A DNA stretch of 64,000 nt from Candidatus Eiseniibacteriota bacterium. GTDB taxonomy: Bacteria; Eisenbacteria; RBG-16-71-46. A model generated the notes under the pieces. The model was given only the letters and a program-made list of their open reading frames with translations. It was not told where the DNA came from and searched no databases. Within the stretch, counting starts at the first letter, position 1. Each line of letters begins with the position of its first letter. Shown here piece by piece: positions 59,538 to 64,000 of the stretch. Made by a program: the position numbers and the translations under genes. The stretch is taken from contig OY970178.1 in NCBI GenBank assembly GCA_963707915.1, positions 554,098 to 618,097 of the forward strand, given 5' to 3'.

Positions 59538-60263
59538 ATGAGCGGACCGGGCCAGGTTCCTGGGAACGAAGACGTTGCGGGTGCTGCGCCCGTGCTGGTC
59601 GCGCGCGGCATCGACAAGGGCTACGCGACCACCCGGGGCCGGCTCGAGGTCCTGAAGGGCGTGGACCTCGACGTCACGAGCGGCACCATCGTGGCCATCC
59701 TGGGGGCGTCGGGCTCGGGAAAGAGTACGTTGCTGAACATCCTCGGGACACTGGACCGGGCGGATGCAGGCATTGTGGAGGTCCGTGGCTGGCGGGTGGA
59801 CCCGCTGCGGGACGAGGAACTCGCGAGCTTCCGTGCGCGGCACCTGGGCTTCGTCTTCCAGTTCCACCACCTGCTTCCGGAGTTCAGTGCGGAGGAGAAC
59901 GTGATGCTGCCGCTGCTCATCGCCGGGCAGGGTCCCGGGCCGGCCCGCGAGCGGGCCCAGGCGGCGCTGGCCGACGTGGGCCTGGCCGAGCGCTGGGACC
60001 ATCGGCCGGCGCAGCTCTCGGGCGGCGAGGCCCAGCGCGTGGCGGTCGCGCGGGCGCTGGTGGCGGATCCGGAGCTGGTGCTGGCGGACGAGCCGTCGGG
60101 CAACCTGGACCAGCGTTCGGCCGCGCAGTTGCACGAGCTCATCGCCTCGCTGGCCCGGGAGCGGCGGCAGACGTTTGTGGTGGTGACGCACAATGATAGG
60201 CTGGCCGCGATCGCCGACCGGGTGCTGACGCTCGAAGGCGGGCGGCTCACCGGCGGCTCGTAG
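59538..60263 (+). CDS. lolD: Lipoprotein-releasing ABC ATPase
   Basis: GASGSGKST, GFVFQFHHLLPEF (LolD signature), LSGGE.QR, LADEPSGNLD, VTH. Confidence 0.92.
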   Translation: MSGPGQVPGNEDVAGAAPVLVARGIDKGYATTRGRLEVLKGVDLDVTSGTIVAILGASGSGKSTLLNILGTLDRADAGIVEVRGWRVDPLRDEELASFRARHLGFVFQFHHLLPEFSAEENVMLPLLIAGQGPGPARERAQAALADVGLAERWDHRPAQLSGGEAQRVAVARALVADPELVLADEPSGNLDQRSAAQLHELIASLARERRQTFVVVTHNDRLAAIADRVLTLEGGRLTGGS

Positions 60264-60273
60264 AGGGACAGGG

Positions 60274-60798
60274 ATGCTCTGCCAGATCTGTGGGAAGAAC
60301 CCGGCCACGGTCCACTTCACCGAGATCCACGACAACAAGATGTCGGAGATCCACGTGTGCGAGCGCTGCGCCGAGGAGAAGGGGCTGCACGCGACCTCGA
60401 AGAAGCAGCAGTTCGACATCGCGGACCTGCTGGTGAAGATGGTGGACGATTCCACCGGAACCGAGGAGGAGCGCGTCGGGAACGTGCAGTGCCCGCGCTG
60501 CGGACTGCTCTACTCGGGCTTCAGCGAGACCGGGCGGCTCGGCTGCGCGGACTGCTATACCGCGTTCCAGTTCCAGCTGCGCCCGTTGCTCCGGCGGATC
60601 CACGGGGACACGCGCCACCGCGGCAAGCGCCCGGTGGGCGAGGGGGAGGGGGCGACGCGCTTCCGCCAGATCCAGCGCCTCCACGACGAGCTGCAGCGGG
60701 TGGTCGAGCGCGAGGAGTTCGAGCGCGCGGCGGTCCTGCGCGACGAGATCCGCAAGCTGGAGGAAGAGACGCGCACGGCCGGGAAGGACAAGCCATGA
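60274..60798 (+). CDS. mcsA: McsA-like activator (CxxC x4 + UVR domain)
   Basis: MLCQIC..NPA, CERCA, CPRCG, GRLGCADCY, IHG...H.GK.P, E.FE.AA.LRD.I. Confidence 0.92.
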   Translation: MLCQICGKNPATVHFTEIHDNKMSEIHVCERCAEEKGLHATSKKQQFDIADLLVKMVDDSTGTEEERVGNVQCPRCGLLYSGFSETGRLGCADCYTAFQFQLRPLLRRIHGDTRHRGKRPVGEGEGATRFRQIQRLHDELQRVVEREEFERAAVLRDEIRKLEEETRTAGKDKP

Positions 60799-61895
60799 GC
60801 GGCCCGGACCGCCCGCCCGCGGACTTCGACGAGCTGGTCGCGCGGCCGGCCCGCTGGCTCTCGGCCGAGGGCCCGCACGCCGACCTGGTGCTGTCGAGCC
60901 GCATCCGGCTGGCCCGCAACCTGCGCAGCGTCCCGTTCACGCACCGGGCCCACGAGGAACAGCTCCAGGGCGTGCTGATGAGCGTGTCCGGCGCGGCGCA
61001 GCGCAGCGCGGCCCTCGCCGACGGCCTGCTGCTGCGGATGGCGGAGCTCGCGCCGCTCGACCGGCAGGTGCTGGTGGAGCGGCACCTGGTCAGCCACGAG
61101 CTGGGGGACGGGACCCGCCCGCGCGGCATCGTGGTCTCGAGCGACGAGCGGCTCTCGCTCATGATCAACGAGGAGGACCACCTGCGGCTGCAGGCGATCG
61201 CGCCGGGCTTCCAGCTGACCGAGGCGTGGGCCGCGGCCGACGCGGCCGACGACGAGCTGGACCAGTCGCTGGACTTCGCCTTCTCGGAGGAGATCGGCTA
61301 CCTGACGGCCTGCCCGACGAACGCGGGGACCGGCCTGCGGGCCTCGGTGCTCATCCACCTGCCGGCCCTGGTGCTGCTCGACGAGATCCAGCGGGTGCTC
61401 AAGAGCATCACGCAGGTCGGCCTCAACGTGCGCGGGCTCTACGGCGAGCACAGCGACGTCATGGGCAACCTGTTCCAGATCTCGAACCAGACCACGCTGG
61501 GCCGCAGCGAGCGGGACTCGATCGAGATCCTGGACCGGGTGACGCGCCAGATCATCGAGACCGAGGAGCAGGCGCGCGAGCGGATGATCCGCGACGCGCG
61601 CGTCCAGATCGAGGACAAGGTGTGGCGGGCCTACGGGACGCTGCGCCACTGCCGGACCATCCACTCGCGCGAGGTCATCAATCTCTGCTCGGCGGTGCGG
61701 CTCGGCGTGGCCCTCCAGCTGTCCGGGCTGTGCCCGCTGCGCGTGATCAACGAGCTGCTGGTGCTGACGCAACCGGCGCACCTGCAGCGGGCTTACGGGG
61801 GCGAACTGAGCCCCGCCGAACGCAACGTCTACCGCGCCCAGCTCGTGCGCGAGCGGCTGGTCGCCGCCGAGCCCGGGCCCGGGCCGTCCGCCTAG
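60795..61895 (+). CDS. mcsB: Protein arginine kinase McsB
   Basis: SSRIRLARN, L.ERHL.S, MINEEDHLRLQ, GYLTACPTN.GTGLRAS, RGLYGE, QISNQ.TLG. Confidence 0.95.
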   Translation: MSGPDRPPADFDELVARPARWLSAEGPHADLVLSSRIRLARNLRSVPFTHRAHEEQLQGVLMSVSGAAQRSAALADGLLLRMAELAPLDRQVLVERHLVSHELGDGTRPRGIVVSSDERLSLMINEEDHLRLQAIAPGFQLTEAWAAADAADDELDQSLDFAFSEEIGYLTACPTNAGTGLRASVLIHLPALVLLDEIQRVLKSITQVGLNVRGLYGEHSDVMGNLFQISNQTTLGRSERDSIEILDRVTRQIIETEEQARERMIRDARVQIEDKVWRAYGTLRHCRTIHSREVINLCSAVRLGVALQLSGLCPLRVINELLVLTQPAHLQRAYGGELSPAERNVYRAQLVRERLVAAEPGPGPSA

Positions 61896-61913
61896 AAGGG
61901 GAGCCTCCCGACC

Positions 61914-64000
<2,087 letters not shown>

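Noticed and set aside
59560-60200. Slightly more A/T-ending codons in lolD
   Set aside because: A mild shift judged by eye, in a syntenic housekeeping gene; not enough to claim foreign origin.

Overview
A very GC-rich bacterial core-genome segment with about 60 genes, all but one on the + strand. It comes from a diderm (BamA/TamA-like, TamB, Lnt, LolCDE). The rplM-rpsI-rpsB-tsf-pyrH-frr order and the bat cluster suggest an FCB-related lineage; this is an inference. Contents in order: a 5'-truncated RNase P RNA; recJ-rel-dtd-maf; the translation/lipid cluster through rseP-tamA-tamB; pcrA-gatCAB; sua5-ywlE-ilvE-rpiB-glyA; a moxR/bat cluster; cca-ispB-rsfS-argS-pfkB; lnt-asd-ecfT-truA-htrA; and lysS-lolCE-lolD-mcsA-mcsB-clpC (3'-truncated). 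I saw no mobile elements, tRNAs or CRISPR arrays. The best candidate for an undescribed system is a signalling module at 46.6-50.3 kb. It comprises an unknown protein with a LeuA-regulatory-like C-terminus, an unannotated 16-aa hydrophobic micropeptide (MLFILELLEFFGRAGW) behind a perfect Shine-Dalgarno, a multi-TM HD-GYP phosphodiesterase, and a sigma54 activator with no input domain. Other oddities: a PTS EIIA homolog with His->Asn coupled to a mini zinc-ribbon protein, a complete arginine-phosphorylation set in a diderm, degenerate catalytic motifs in ArgRS and the CCA enzyme, and a disrupted recJ 5' end.
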